Assembly (NCBI GenBank): GCA_038215615.1
Contig: JBBQQR010000006.1
Coordinates: 32,001-96,000 of the forward strand
Reading direction: 5' to 3'
Source: Vulcanimicrobiales bacterium
GTDB lineage: Bacteria > Vulcanimicrobiota > Vulcanimicrobiia > Vulcanimicrobiales > Vulcanimicrobiaceae
Length of the DNA stretch: 64,000 nucleotides
Positions 46,676 through 56,833 of this stretch are shown here, piece by piece. The translations under genes and the position numbers were made by a program. The notes under the pieces are model-generated. The model made no database searches and was not told the DNA's origin. It worked only from the letters and a program-made list of their open reading frames with translations. How positions within the stretch are numbered: the first letter of the stretch is position 1; every line of letters starts with the position of its first letter.

Positions 46676-47328
46676 GCTCCAAATCGTTCCTGGTGCCCGA
46701 CGCGATCTATGAGTACATTCTCGAGACGGCGCTTCGAGAAACGGCGGTTCAGCGCGAACTGCGCGAACGCACGGCAACGATGCCGCAAGCACGCATGCAG
46801 ACCGGCCCCGATCAGTTACAATTCATGCAGGTGCTGGTCCGGGCGATTGGGGCGCGACGATGTATAGAGGTAGGAGTGTACACCGGCGCGAGCGCGCTCG
46901 CTGTCGCGTTGGCGCTTCCCGAAGATGGAAAGATTGTAGCGTGCGACGTCAGTGAAGAGTACACGGTGATCGCCAGAGAGTTTTGGAAGCGCGCCGGCGT
47001 GGCGAGCAAAATTGACCTGCGCCTGGCGCCCGGGGAAGAAACGTTGAAGGCGCTCTTAACGCAGCAAGACCGCTACGACTTTGCGTATATCGATGCCGAC
47101 AAGACGAACTACGACTCGTACTACGAACTCGTGCTGAGATTGCTTCGACCAGGCGGATTGATCGCAATCGATAACGTCTTATGGGGCGGTGATGTCGCCG
47201 ATCTCACGGAAACGGATGCCGATACGGTCGCGCTGCGGACGCTCAACGAAAAGATCGGCCACGACGAGCGCGTCGAGACGAGCTTGTTGACGATTGGCGA
47301 CGGACTCTCCATCGTCTATAAGCGGTAA
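46672..47328 (+). CDS. Class I SAM-dependent O-methyltransferase (caffeoyl-CoA OMT family)
   Basis: EVGVYTG, YIDADK.NY, LRPGGLIAIDNVLW, IGDGL. Confidence 0.93.
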   Translation: MSSKSFLVPDAIYEYILETALRETAVQRELRERTATMPQARMQTGPDQLQFMQVLVRAIGARRCIEVGVYTGASALAVALALPEDGKIVACDVSEEYTVIAREFWKRAGVASKIDLRLAPGEETLKALLTQQDRYDFAYIDADKTNYDSYYELVLRLLRPGGLIAIDNVLWGGDVADLTETDADTVALRTLNEKIGHDERVETSLLTIGDGLSIVYKR

Positions 47329-47333
47329 GGAGC

Positions 47334-47966
47334 ATGAGTACAAAGTTTACCGGCGGGAGCCTCGACAAAGCCCGGTTGGACACGCTGGTCGATGCGGTGT
47401 ACGCGATCGGATTGACGCTGCTCGTCTTGGATTTGAAATTGCCCGAGGGGTTAAGGACCTTTGAGGTTCCCGATCATTTGCGCGACATGCTGCCCAAGAT
47501 CGCCATCTACGCGATCGCGTTCTCGACGGTGGCCTTGCTCTGGGTCTGCCACCATTATTATTCCACGCTCGTGACCGGCACCGATTTCACGCACGTGATG
47601 CTCAATCTTTCGCCGCTCTTGCTCGTTGCGCTGGTCCCGTTTACCGCTGCGGCGATGGGCGCATATCATAACTCGTCGTGGGCGGTGGCGACATTTACGC
47701 TCAACGTCGCGGTTATCTGTTTTCTCTACGTCCTCAACTGGGCGCACTGCAGAAAGCGGCTCGTTCCGGCGAGCGTCGACCGGCGGTTGCTGGACACGAT
47801 GTCGGCAAATGCGTGGTATTCTCTGGCGGGCGAAATCCTCGCGACGATCTTGGCGTTCATCGTACCGGTACTCGGCATCGCCGTCGCGGCGGTCATGGTG
47901 CCGGCGGGATTTGCTGCGATGGCGCGACTGGAGCCGCGTATTATGGAGGCGGTGAAGGAGCGCTAA
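47334..47966 (+). CDS. TMEM175 (DUF1211) family membrane protein
   Basis: RLDTLVDAVYAIGLTLLVLDL, W..HH, LVPF; AAGGAG SD. Confidence 0.85.
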   Translation: MSTKFTGGSLDKARLDTLVDAVYAIGLTLLVLDLKLPEGLRTFEVPDHLRDMLPKIAIYAIAFSTVALLWVCHHYYSTLVTGTDFTHVMLNLSPLLLVALVPFTAAAMGAYHNSSWAVATFTLNVAVICFLYVLNWAHCRKRLVPASVDRRLLDTMSANAWYSLAGEILATILAFIVPVLGIAVAAVMVPAGFAAMARLEPRIMEAVKER

Positions 47967-49495
47967 GCGCCGTACCAGCGAAGCCGCGGCCAAAGCTCTT
48001 TCAATGCCGCGATGGGCTGCGTACAAAGAAAAATCGGCGTCGGGCCCTCGATAGCCCACCGGAGCGGATCTTCAAAAGTTCCTACTAGGACGACGTGCCG
48101 GAAGAGAACATGCAGCAGGCCGGCTTGTGACGCGCCGATCGCCAGCATCGAGCTTCCATCGTAACCACGAGTCCCCCACAGGTAGTACTGGTTCTGGGCA
48201 CTGATCGGTTGCGGAAGTCTATATCGTGGTCCATAAAACTCAATGGCGGCGGCGCCCGCGTACGTATCTGAGAAGATTGCGGTGCGCCGGCGCTGATCCG
48301 GCGGAAGCCGATCATAGACATCGGCGACGCGGCGCGCAAGTTCATTCCATCCGAATTCGTCGGCGAACAGCGGCTGGACCAGATGCGCGGGCTTTTCGTC
48401 GCGTCCGATGCCGAGAAGTTGCGAATACCCGATCAGACCTTGCACCGAAAGCGCCGGAATGGTGAAGGGGGCCAGGAGCGCGGCCGAGACCAGCACGGCG
48501 CCGGCGGCAAGCGCGCGCCACACAGGGCGCGAGTTCCCGGCGCGTTCGAGCGCGACCCATCCCGCGCAAATGAGCGGCGTGTACACTCCGGCGATGTAAT
48601 AGCCTTTTCCGTTGGAAAGGGCGGCAACGGCGAGCAGCAGCAGAAACGCGATCGCGATGAATCGATAAGAGCGAAACGGCAGAGCGAACCAAAGAGCGGC
48701 GGCTCCGGCGAGCCATACCGGAACGGCGACCGGGTTAAAAAAAGCCAGCTGTTCCAAAAAGAAAACGCCGGCGTTTACCAGCGGCTGCCGGAACTCGAAC
48801 TGCATACCGGAATTAAAGGCGTGCCGTCCCAGCACGTCACCGCGCAACACCGCAAGCATTGGAAAACCGTGCGCGGCCTGCCACCAAAGGTCAGGCGCGA
48901 GAACGAGCATCGTTCCGAGCGCGGCGATTGCAAACGCGCGCGATCGCAAGACGATCCGCTCGGGCGTAAACATCAGGCCGGCCAGGATGGCCGCGGCCAG
49001 CAAAAACATCGAATATTTCCCGTAGAGTCCGAACGTAACGGCGGCAGCCATCGCTATCCACCAGCGTGGATTGCGGGAATGCACCAAGCGCATCGTGGCA
49101 TAGATTGTCAGCGCCCAAGAGAGCGGTTCGTACGACGTTGTCGTCAGTGTGGTGCCCAGAAAAAGATATGCCGGCGTGAGCGCAACGGTTAACCCGGCGA
49201 GGCGCTGGGACCACATAGTGCCGCCGAGTTCGGCAGCGATCGCGCACGCGAGGTATACGGTCGCGCCCGCCGCGATTGCCACGGTGATACGCAGGGCCAC
49301 GAGTTCGTAATGCGCCGGCGCGGCCAGCCAGGCAACGAATGCCGTGAGGGGCGGCATGTCGACGTAACCCCACGCCAATCGTTTAGCGCAGGCGATGAAG
49401 TACAACTCGTCGCGATAGTAGCCGTAACGCCACGATACTGCGGCGTGCGCGGCAGTTGTCAAGAATCCGACCGCCGCAGCGAACCGCTTATCCAA
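47963..49495 (-). CDS. GT-C glycosyltransferase (PMT_2 / family 39-like)
   Basis: YGYYRDELYF..LAWGYVDMPP, GKY, P..WQA.HGFP, FADEFGW. Confidence 0.88.
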   Translation of the reverse strand: MDKRFAAAVGFLTTAAHAAVSWRYGYYRDELYFIACAKRLAWGYVDMPPLTAFVAWLAAPAHYELVALRITVAIAAGATVYLACAIAAELGGTMWSQRLAGLTVALTPAYLFLGTTLTTTSYEPLSWALTIYATMRLVHSRNPRWWIAMAAAVTFGLYGKYSMFLLAAAILAGLMFTPERIVLRSRAFAIAALGTMLVLAPDLWWQAAHGFPMLAVLRGDVLGRHAFNSGMQFEFRQPLVNAGVFFLEQLAFFNPVAVPVWLAGAAALWFALPFRSYRFIAIAFLLLLAVAALSNGKGYYIAGVYTPLICAGWVALERAGNSRPVWRALAAGAVLVSAALLAPFTIPALSVQGLIGYSQLLGIGRDEKPAHLVQPLFADEFGWNELARRVADVYDRLPPDQRRRTAIFSDTYAGAAAIEFYGPRYRLPQPISAQNQYYLWGTRGYDGSSMLAIGASQAGLLHVLFRHVVLVGTFEDPLRWAIEGPTPIFLCTQPIAALKELWPRLRWYGA

Positions 49496-49501
49496 CTGCG
49501 T

Positions 49502-50533
49502 TTAGGGCGCGTCCGGACGCGGCGGCATCGCCGACGCGACGAAACTCAGCAGCAGCGAAAAGAGTCCGGCGTAAAAAATGATCCCGGTCGCAAAAAGCGG
49601 ATCCCACCACGTGCCGCCCATGAACGCGATTGTGAAGAGCAGCAGCACGCCGGCGTAGATTGCGGGAACCGCAAATGCGAACGATCCAAACCAGCGGCGC
49701 GATGTGAAGTACGCCGGCGCGCGAGCGAGAAATGCATCGCCGGCGATTCCGGCTGTGGCGCTGGCCACGAGAACCGACGCAGCGTCGAGCCAGTTCAGCG
49801 AATGGGTTATTGCGATCAACCCGTTGCCGAGCACGAAGAGTATCGTGATCGCTCCGGGGCGCAACCGGAAGTTGCGCACGAGGTAAAATGCGGTGCCCAT
49901 CATGAGCAGGCTTTGTAAAACGATGGCTATGAGCGAGCCGCCCTGCTGATAGAAATGAATTGTCATCAGCGTGAGGGCGTTGGCCCCGAGTTTATGCGGC
50001 ACGATTGCTCCGAGCGCGCGCGCGGCATCGACGCGAAAGAAGACTTGCGTTCCCCAATGCATGAGCTCGAGGATAGCGGCAGCCGAAACGATAGTAGGTA
50101 TCTGCTGCACGAGCGTGGCCGGCCGCGGTATTTGGCAGACTGCCGAACGGATAGGCCCCGAGATGATGAGCAGCACGCCGGCGCCGATGATTTGGTGCGT
50201 CGGCGCCAAAAGCGCATCGAACCCGGCTTCAAAACCAAAGAAGACGTGATTGATCGTGTCGGCGACTCCGCCGACCAAGAACAGGAGCACACCCGCAGCC
50301 GACCACGAATACGCCGGGCCGAACGCTGCGGAGAGACTCTCGTTGCGACGCCGCGCGGCGAAGTAGCGCGACCCGATCAAATACAGCAAAAGAAGAAGCC
50401 CGGAATAGAGCAGCGCGTGCGCCCATGTAATAAACGTGTCGACGTCGTGGCGGATGTGCCACCCCGCGTCGGTATATAAGCCGGCGATGGTCCAGTAACC
50501 GGCGAACGCCATCGCCCAATCGAACCGCCTCAA
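49502..50533 (-). CDS. Polytopic membrane protein with two D-x3-H...H motifs
   Basis: DAGWHIRHDVDTFITWAH and DTINH..LLAPTH; about 9 TM segments. Start TTG 50533 inferred. Confidence 0.75.
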   Translation of the reverse strand: MRRFDWAMAFAGYWTIAGLYTDAGWHIRHDVDTFITWAHALLYSGLLLLLYLIGSRYFAARRRNESLSAAFGPAYSWSAAGVLLFLVGGVADTINHVFFGFEAGFDALLAPTHQIIGAGVLLIISGPIRSAVCQIPRPATLVQQIPTIVSAAAILELMHWGTQVFFRVDAARALGAIVPHKLGANALTLMTIHFYQQGGSLIAIVLQSLLMMGTAFYLVRNFRLRPGAITILFVLGNGLIAITHSLNWLDAASVLVASATAGIAGDAFLARAPAYFTSRRWFGSFAFAVPAIYAGVLLLFTIAFMGGTWWDPLFATGIIFYAGLFSLLLSFVASAMPPRPDAP

Positions 50534-50577
50534 GAGTCCAGGGTTCGCAGGGCCATCATTCGAACCTGCGCAGCTCG

Positions 50578-51003
50578 ATGCGCGTACAGTCGATCGCACT
50601 CGCGCCGGCGCTCGCCCTGTTGGCGGCGTGCGGAGCGCATCCCGAAATCGGCGCGCGCGCTGCCGTCACGATCGGCGTCATTACGCCCTGGCCCGCCACG
50701 GTGTACGTCCGCCAAAACGATCCGCCGCGCATCCTCGCCGCCCAGTTCTCGTCGTCGGTGATTCACCTCGGAGAATGGTGGTCGGGGAAAGTTGCGACCA
50801 CGAGCAACGTTGCCGTTGTGGAACTACGCTCCCCGTCGTTTTCATTCATATTGCACCGAACCGCTTTCGGGCAGTTTTCGTTCAAGACGCGCGTCTTGGC
50901 AGTGCCTTCGATCTACCTTCGCGGATTCACCGCGACACTGGTCGCGCGCGGGGCCGGCGGCGGGTTAACCGACGCGCGCAGCGCCGAGCTTGTTTTTCGA
51001 TAG
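50578..51003 (+). CDS. Hypothetical lipoprotein
   Basis: Lipobox LLAAC, beta-rich body. Confidence 0.65.
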   Translation: MRVQSIALAPALALLAACGAHPEIGARAAVTIGVITPWPATVYVRQNDPPRILAAQFSSSVIHLGEWWSGKVATTSNVAVVELRSPSFSFILHRTAFGQFSFKTRVLAVPSIYLRGFTATLVARGAGGGLTDARSAELVFR

Positions 51004-52455
51004 CCGCAAAAATAGCGTCGCGATCGCCGCGACGGCGAGATTGACCAGCAGGGCGTAAAGGGCGATGTATCCCGGAACGGTGATGCCGGCGTGGAGCGCG
51101 AAAATCGTCGTCGCGAACTTGGCTGACTGCGCCATGCAGATCGCGGCGGCAATTCCGACTGCCCAGCCCGCCAGCAAAGCGAAACGGTGGAACCACGTCG
51201 TGTACAATCCCAGGATGACGGCCGGGAATATTTGTAGGATCAAAGACCCACCGAGTAATTGAAATTCGATCGCGTAAAGTGGTTTGATGGTGAGCGCGAT
51301 TGCAAGTCCGCCCGCAAGGACCAGAAGCGCAATGAGGCGCGCAGTGCGCGTCTCCACAGCTGGGCGGGCGAGACGCGTGTGAAACGTTTGCAGGATGTTG
51401 CTGGCGAATAGGTTGGCTGCCCCAATCGCCATGATCGCCGCGGGGACAAGCGCTCCGATAACGATCGCCGCAAACGCGACGCCCGCAAACCAGTTCGGAA
51501 AAAAACGCGTGAATAGGTCGGGGATTGCGAAGTTCGGATCGCTGACGCGAATGTGCGCCGCGAGCGCGCAGTAACCGAGCAGCGCGATCAGGGTGAGCAA
51601 GATGCTGTAGAGGGGAAGCAGTGCGCAGTTACGGCGGATGACGTTGGCGCTGCGCGCGCTGAGCACGCTCGTGATCGAGTGCGGATAGATGAAGAGCGCG
51701 AGTGCCGAGCCCAGCGCCAGCGATGAATATGCGAAGTACAACGAGGGCGTGAGTATCGTCGAACCCGGTTTGGCTTTTGCTGCGAGTGCGGTTTGCGCCA
51801 CACTGAATATATGCGACCAGCCACCGAGGCTCTTTGGGATAATGATGATCGCGGCGATAACGGTGATGTAGATCAGCGTGTCTTTTACAAACGCGATCAT
51901 CGCGGGCGCGCGCAGACCACTGGTAAACGTGAAGGCTGCCAGCAGCGCGAAGGCGACGACCAGCATCGTCACGGCTGACCCATGCGTGGGTGCGATGCCG
52001 GAGCGTTCAAGGACGACCTGCACGCCGATCAGCTGCAATGCGATGTATGGCATCGTAGCCACGACGCCGGTGAGTGCGACTGCGAGCTCAAGCGGCCGGC
52101 TTCCGAAGCGATCGCGCACGAAATCAGCGGTCGTCACATAGCCCCGGGCTTTGGCGACGGTCCAAAAGCGGGCCATGACAATGAAGGCTAAAGGATAGGC
52201 TATGGTCGTGTACGGCACGGCGAAAAATGCAATTGCGCCCGATCCAAACGCGAAGGCTGGGACTGCGATGAACGTGTACGCGGTATACAGGTCTCCGCCC
52301 AAGAGGAACCACGTGACGATCGTTCCAAAGCGCCGTCCTCCCAGCGCCCATTCTTCGAGCGAAGAAAGGTTCGCGTGGCCCCAGCGTGCCGCGAGAAAGC
52401 CGAGCACAGCCACGCCGAAGATGAGCACGAGGAATATCGCCGCGCCGCTAGTCAC
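50965..52455 (-). CDS. Sodium:solute symporter, MctP-like monocarboxylate permease
   Basis: LEEWALGGRRFGT..WFLLGGDLYTAYTFIAVP, MPYIALQL. Confidence 0.93.
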   Translation of the reverse strand: MTSGAAIFLVLIFGVAVLGFLAARWGHANLSSLEEWALGGRRFGTIVTWFLLGGDLYTAYTFIAVPAFAFGSGAIAFFAVPYTTIAYPLAFIVMARFWTVAKARGYVTTADFVRDRFGSRPLELAVALTGVVATMPYIALQLIGVQVVLERSGIAPTHGSAVTMLVVAFALLAAFTFTSGLRAPAMIAFVKDTLIYITVIAAIIIIPKSLGGWSHIFSVAQTALAAKAKPGSTILTPSLYFAYSSLALGSALALFIYPHSITSVLSARSANVIRRNCALLPLYSILLTLIALLGYCALAAHIRVSDPNFAIPDLFTRFFPNWFAGVAFAAIVIGALVPAAIMAIGAANLFASNILQTFHTRLARPAVETRTARLIALLVLAGGLAIALTIKPLYAIEFQLLGGSLILQIFPAVILGLYTTWFHRFALLAGWAVGIAAAICMAQSAKFATTIFALHAGITVPGYIALYALLVNLAVAAIATLFLRLSKNKLGAARVG

Positions 52456-52642
52456 GTTCGCGTTCTCGCGTTGCGGCGTAGACGGTCCAGACGATCAGTG
52501 CCGAGAGCACGATCCAAAGAATTTGATACCAGTAGAAAAACGGAAACCCAAATAGCGCGGGCGTCGAACGTGCATACAGCGGCGGCACGAGCGTCGCCGC
52601 GAACGGTACGAGGAGCAGGCAGTACCACAAACGGCTCTTCAT
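52448..52642 (-). CDS. DUF3311 small membrane partner
   Basis: LLLVPF..LVPPLY...PALFGFPFFYWYQILW. Confidence 0.92.
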   Translation of the reverse strand: MKSRLWYCLLLVPFAATLVPPLYARSTPALFGFPFFYWYQILWIVLSALIVWTVYAATRERERD

Positions 52643-52643
52643 G

Positions 52644-53564
52644 TTATTTGAGCGACACGGTCCGTTCCGCCCAGATGTCGGTGAGCGAAAACTTTCCCAA
52701 CCATTGCGAAATAGCCATGCCTCCGATGCAGACCGCAGTGCCGGCAATTTGATGCGCTTCGATCCGGCTGTGGAGAATCACTATCGAAAGCAAGCCCGCG
52801 ATCACCGGCACGCTGAACTGAAAGAGCGAAGCGCGTCCGGCGCCCAGCACCGAGATACCCCAACTCCAGATTGGAAATGTGAGGACGATCGGGAAAATGA
52901 CCGAGAAAGCAAATATCCACCAGTCGGTGGCCGGAAGAGCTGCGTAATTTGTGTGCATCATCCTAGGAATCGCTCCGGGCAGAAGGATCAGCGTACCGAT
53001 CGTCATGGTCACCGCGACCAGCCCGAGCGGCGTGTAGCGGCCCAATAATTTCGCGCTCAAGACGTTAAATATGGCAAAAACCATCGCGGCGCAAAACGTC
53101 AGCGCGTCTCCTGGCCGGAACGTGATGTGGCCTGCGAAGGCGCCTTCGAAAACCGCGACGCCGAACAGCGCCACCGCCGCGCCCAGCCACCGTCCCGCAT
53201 GCACGCGTTCTTGTCGGGAAAAAGCGACGATCGCGAGCGTCAGCAGCGGTGAAAGGCTCGCCAGCAGCGACGATGCGAACGCGCTCGTGTTGGCTAATCC
53301 GAAGACCCAAAAATATTGATACAGACCATAACCACAGGCGCCGCAGGCGATCAGCAATGGTAAGTCGCGGACGCGCAGACGTATGGATTGATGCATGCCG
53401 CGCGCCAGCAAGAACGCCAGCGGGGTCATGGCGAGAAACCTCAGCCCCGTGAACGCCAGCGGATCGATCGACCCGAACGCGTATTTGACGAGCACGGTGT
53501 TCATCGCCCAGGAAAAGGCGACGAACATGAGTCCCGGATAGAGCAGCGGGCGGCGGACGCTCAC
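52644..53564 (-). CDS. DMT/EamA family transporter
   Basis: Ten TM segments with internal duplication (P..FTGLRF; LGAGRAS.F...VPV). Confidence 0.9.
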   Translation of the reverse strand: MSVRRPLLYPGLMFVAFSWAMNTVLVKYAFGSIDPLAFTGLRFLAMTPLAFLLARGMHQSIRLRVRDLPLLIACGACGYGLYQYFWVFGLANTSAFASSLLASLSPLLTLAIVAFSRQERVHAGRWLGAAVALFGVAVFEGAFAGHITFRPGDALTFCAAMVFAIFNVLSAKLLGRYTPLGLVAVTMTIGTLILLPGAIPRMMHTNYAALPATDWWIFAFSVIFPIVLTFPIWSWGISVLGAGRASLFQFSVPVIAGLLSIVILHSRIEAHQIAGTAVCIGGMAISQWLGKFSLTDIWAERTVSLK

Positions 53565-53574
53565 GCTTCGACCT

Positions 53575-54297
53575 CTACCGTGTCAGGTTGAAAGCTCCTC
53601 GGTTGGAATACGCCGGCGATCGCCACGTGCTGCCGTCGCTGCACGCACCGGTTTGCGTATTTTCGTACGCAACGCGCACGACGGTGTCGTCCGACGTTCC
53701 CGGCGAATCGGGCGCGCACGGATTAGCGGTTGCCGGAGGTCGGCCCGCGTCTTCGCCCGGCGGAAATCCGCTTGCGAGGACTGCGTCGCTCGTGCGATCG
53801 CGCGCGCCGGCGATCGCGACATAGGGTGGTGCGTTGAAGGTGCGAAGCGTGACGTCGGAATCGCGGGTTGCAAGGAAACTTCCGTCTCCGGCTTGCACGG
53901 CGACGGAGATTCGGGCGACGATGCGCCGTTCGGTGACATAGATGTTGCGTTGCTCGTTGTTTGCGCAGGCCCATGCAACATCGCACGGCGCCGGAGAGGA
54001 GTCCGAATCGACGATTTGCGCCGAAACTCTTGCGGAACCCGTAAAGCTGCACGGGCGGCGTTCATCGACGCAAGCCGGCGCAAACGTGAATGAGGGCAGC
54101 GAATCCGGGAATGAACCGCTGCGTGCAAACGGTGCAATCTCCGAAATCAGCGCCGCAGCGGCGTGCTGGTATTCGCGGTTCAGGTACGTTTGTGCGGCGC
54201 GGCGGACGGCGACGCGTTCGGAAATAAGCCCCGCGCTCAGTATCGTGTTTGCCGCGAGTGCTACCAGCGCGACACAGATCAACGCGTTTGCCAGCAC
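53575..54297 (-). CDS. Hypothetical protein with N-terminal TM helix (possible pilus-associated PilX-like)
   Basis: Hydrophobic N-terminus, Cys pairs, directly downstream of a prepilin gene. Confidence 0.55.
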   Translation of the reverse strand: MLANALICVALVALAANTILSAGLISERVAVRRAAQTYLNREYQHAAAALISEIAPFARSGSFPDSLPSFTFAPACVDERRPCSFTGSARVSAQIVDSDSSPAPCDVAWACANNEQRNIYVTERRIVARISVAVQAGDGSFLATRDSDVTLRTFNAPPYVAIAGARDRTSDAVLASGFPPGEDAGRPPATANPCAPDSPGTSDDTVVRVAYENTQTGACSDGSTWRSPAYSNRGAFNLTR

Positions 54298-54298
54298 G

Positions 54299-54760
54299 TC
54301 AAGGCGCGCTAGAAGGTTGCGGAATCAAACCCGGCCGCTCCACCCGAGCTCCGGGCAAAGGTGCCCTGACTCGTAACGCGCCCGTCACGCTTACTGCGCC
54401 GGAATCGCCTGCGGCTTGGCTCGGCGGATATGAAACGGTAATCGTTACCGCGGCGCCGTCCGCGGTTTGAGAAGAGATTGCGCTCGAGATGGTGACGGGA
54501 ACTGCGTCGCTGGATCCGGGGACCGGCATAGACGCGGGAACCGATCCGCTTGGTGCATCTCCGAGGGCCCCGTACTTCCACGCATTTTCAGCGGTGCGCA
54601 GCGTTTGCGCGGCTAGAATCGCCGCAGCGGTCCGGTTCCGCGATGAAGAGCCCAACGCGGCCGTTGCGGAGATCGAGATCAGCAGCGCGCCTGCGCAGAG
54701 CGAAATGATCGCGACGACGGCGATTGCTTCGAGCAAAGCAAACCCGCGCTGAAGCTCCAC
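54299..54760 (-). CDS. Prepilin-type (minor pilin/pseudopilin) protein
   Basis: QRG|FALLE followed by a hydrophobic helix. Confidence 0.8.
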   Translation of the reverse strand: MELQRGFALLEAIAVVAIISLCAGALLISISATAALGSSSRNRTAAAILAAQTLRTAENAWKYGALGDAPSGSVPASMPVPGSSDAVPVTISSAISSQTADGAAVTITVSYPPSQAAGDSGAVSVTGALRVRAPLPGARVERPGLIPQPSSAP

Positions 54761-54766
54761 GTCGGG

Positions 54767-56635
54767 CTAGGTGCCCGCTTCGGCCTCCGGGGAGCGCAGC
54801 GGCGGCGCGAAGCAAAACGCGACGAGCAAACCTGCAAAGCCCGCGATAAACGGCGAACCGGCAATCAGATTAGGCGGCCAGCCGAGTCCGCCGGGCAGCG
54901 TTCGTTGCGCGACGATAAGGTACAGCGTAAAAAGCACTGCCGGCATGCCGAACGCCAGCGCATAAAATCCGAGGCCCGCGCGTGCGCGCTCGCCGAGTAC
55001 CGCGATGGTGGTATCCACGAGCAGTCCCGTGAGAACGGCGGCCGTGATTTCATAGAACAGATCGCTCTGGAAAGCCATCCCGATGGCAAATATGCCGAGC
55101 AAAAACGTTATCGCGCCAAACGGCATGCGCCAGCGTCTGATCAGCATGAGCGCAAGTCCAGTGACGGCGATCGCTTCAATGATGTTTGCGTCTTCACTGT
55201 ATGCTAAACCCAAGAACGTTGTCGCAGCAACCGGCCGTCCGGTTGCGGTGAAGATGAGATCTCCGCTCGGCGTCCACGACGGATGCGAAGCGTCCAAGCC
55301 GGCCAGCTGAGAAACATTTGCCGTTCGCCCGGACGTAAGGTCGGTGACGAAAATTTGGGAGTCACCGGCGGCTTCGCGGATATATGCAACGCGCTTCGCG
55401 TCCGAAGACCAGGCCGGCATCTGCCCGCCACGAACCAGCGTTGCCCCAACACCGCTGTCCGGCGCGCCGTACATGTAGGTGGCAATGTTTCCATCGATCG
55501 TCACGAACGCGATCTGATTCGTCCCGGTTTTTCCTGTCCACGTGGGCTCTGTGCCCCCTTGCGTTCCGTTGAGCCATGCGGGCGTGCCGCCGCCGGCGGG
55601 AACGACGGCGATCTGTTGATGCAGGCCGTTACGCGATTGGTACGCGATCAATTTCCCATCGGACGACCACGCCGGAAACCGCATCTCGATGACGCTCGAA
55701 ACGATCGTCTTGACGGCCGATCCATCCGCGCCAATCGTTTGCAACAGAAAATCGCCGGACGTTCCGGCGGGTATGGAAATGAACGCTAACCGTTTTCCGT
55801 CCGGAGACCAGGACGGCTGGGTGTCGTGCAGGCCGCTGTGCGTTATCCGGCGCGCTTGCGTTCCATCAATGTTCGCTACGTAAATATCCGAAGCCGGATG
55901 TTTACTTGCGCCGACGCGAAAAACGACGCGGCTTCCGTCCGGCGAGACCGATGCGCCCCAAATGTCGCGGTCGGCGAGCGTAAGCAAACGCGTTTCGCGC
56001 GTGCCGTCGCCACGCACTGCGTAGAGGGCTCCGCCGGTCTGCGGTTCATGGCGGCCGATGACCAGGGACTCCTCCGTATCGCCGATGGGTTGCGCGTACT
56101 GCGTAAAAAAACCGACCAGCGTGAGCAGTGCAGCAGCGCTCAGAATCGCTGGACCGGTGATTCGCCAGCCGCCGCTTCGCGATCCGTAACGAGCAGCGAT
56201 CGAAATGAGCGGGCCCGAGAAGATGAGAGCCCCCGCGAGCGCCAGCCAGATGTGCGAAGGGCTTATCAGTGCGTTGATATCGGCTTCAATCCCGTAGCGC
56301 GTGTGCCACCAGAGATCGAAGGCTCCTCCGATGGCGAACATGATGACGCCGGCAAGTGAAGTCCCGTAACCAAATGGCAAAGCGGAGCGGGCGGAATATC
56401 CCCGTCTGACGTTGAGAGTCGCGATCGCGCCTAGCACAATTCCGTTGAGCACCATCGTTCCATAAAGAATCGCGTGCCATGGTGTGAAGAAGCTTTGGTC
56501 GACTAGACCGTGACCATGCGCCCAGCCGTCTTGGACGACGCCGGCCATGAGGACGAGCGCGAGTATCCCCATGATCCAATCGAACGTGAGTGACGGCGCC
56601 GGTGAATCGGAAATCGCAGAAGCAGAAGCTTGCAT
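54767..56635 (-). CDS. Membrane protein with D-x3-H...H motifs and an inserted TolB-like (PD40) beta-propeller
   Basis: DGWAHGH..FFTPWH, DLWWH..ISPSH, repeats SPDG/PSWSPDG/PAWSSDG/PSWTPSG. Start ATG 56635. Confidence 0.8.
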   Translation of the reverse strand: MQASASAISDSPAPSLTFDWIMGILALVLMAGVVQDGWAHGHGLVDQSFFTPWHAILYGTMVLNGIVLGAIATLNVRRGYSARSALPFGYGTSLAGVIMFAIGGAFDLWWHTRYGIEADINALISPSHIWLALAGALIFSGPLISIAARYGSRSGGWRITGPAILSAAALLTLVGFFTQYAQPIGDTEESLVIGRHEPQTGGALYAVRGDGTRETRLLTLADRDIWGASVSPDGSRVVFRVGASKHPASDIYVANIDGTQARRITHSGLHDTQPSWSPDGKRLAFISIPAGTSGDFLLQTIGADGSAVKTIVSSVIEMRFPAWSSDGKLIAYQSRNGLHQQIAVVPAGGGTPAWLNGTQGGTEPTWTGKTGTNQIAFVTIDGNIATYMYGAPDSGVGATLVRGGQMPAWSSDAKRVAYIREAAGDSQIFVTDLTSGRTANVSQLAGLDASHPSWTPSGDLIFTATGRPVAATTFLGLAYSEDANIIEAIAVTGLALMLIRRWRMPFGAITFLLGIFAIGMAFQSDLFYEITAAVLTGLLVDTTIAVLGERARAGLGFYALAFGMPAVLFTLYLIVAQRTLPGGLGWPPNLIAGSPFIAGFAGLLVAFCFAPPLRSPEAEAGT

Positions 56636-56736
56636 GCAGCGCTTGACCTTGCACGCTTGCTTTCGGGTGCCCTGGCGTGGGGCCGCTTGGGCTACCGCTC
56701 CGGCGGGAGCCCCCGGGGTCTCCGGCCTGTCCATTG

Positions 56737-56766
56737 TTGCCTGGGGCGACAGGGATGAGGTATACT
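56737..56766 (+). promoter_or_regulatory. Sigma70-type promoter of the str operon
   Basis: TTGCCT, 18 nt, TATACT upstream of rpsL. Confidence 0.65.
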
Positions 56767-56833
56767 CCCAAAGTTCGGTCCACCGGCGGTGCGGCCGACG
56801 TTTTAGTGCGCCCCACTCACAGTTAGGAAGATT

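Noticed and set aside
49502..56635. Calling the D-x3-H proteins methane/ammonia monooxygenase subunits
   Set aside because: Only motif-level resemblance; no pmoA/pmoB and a different architecture
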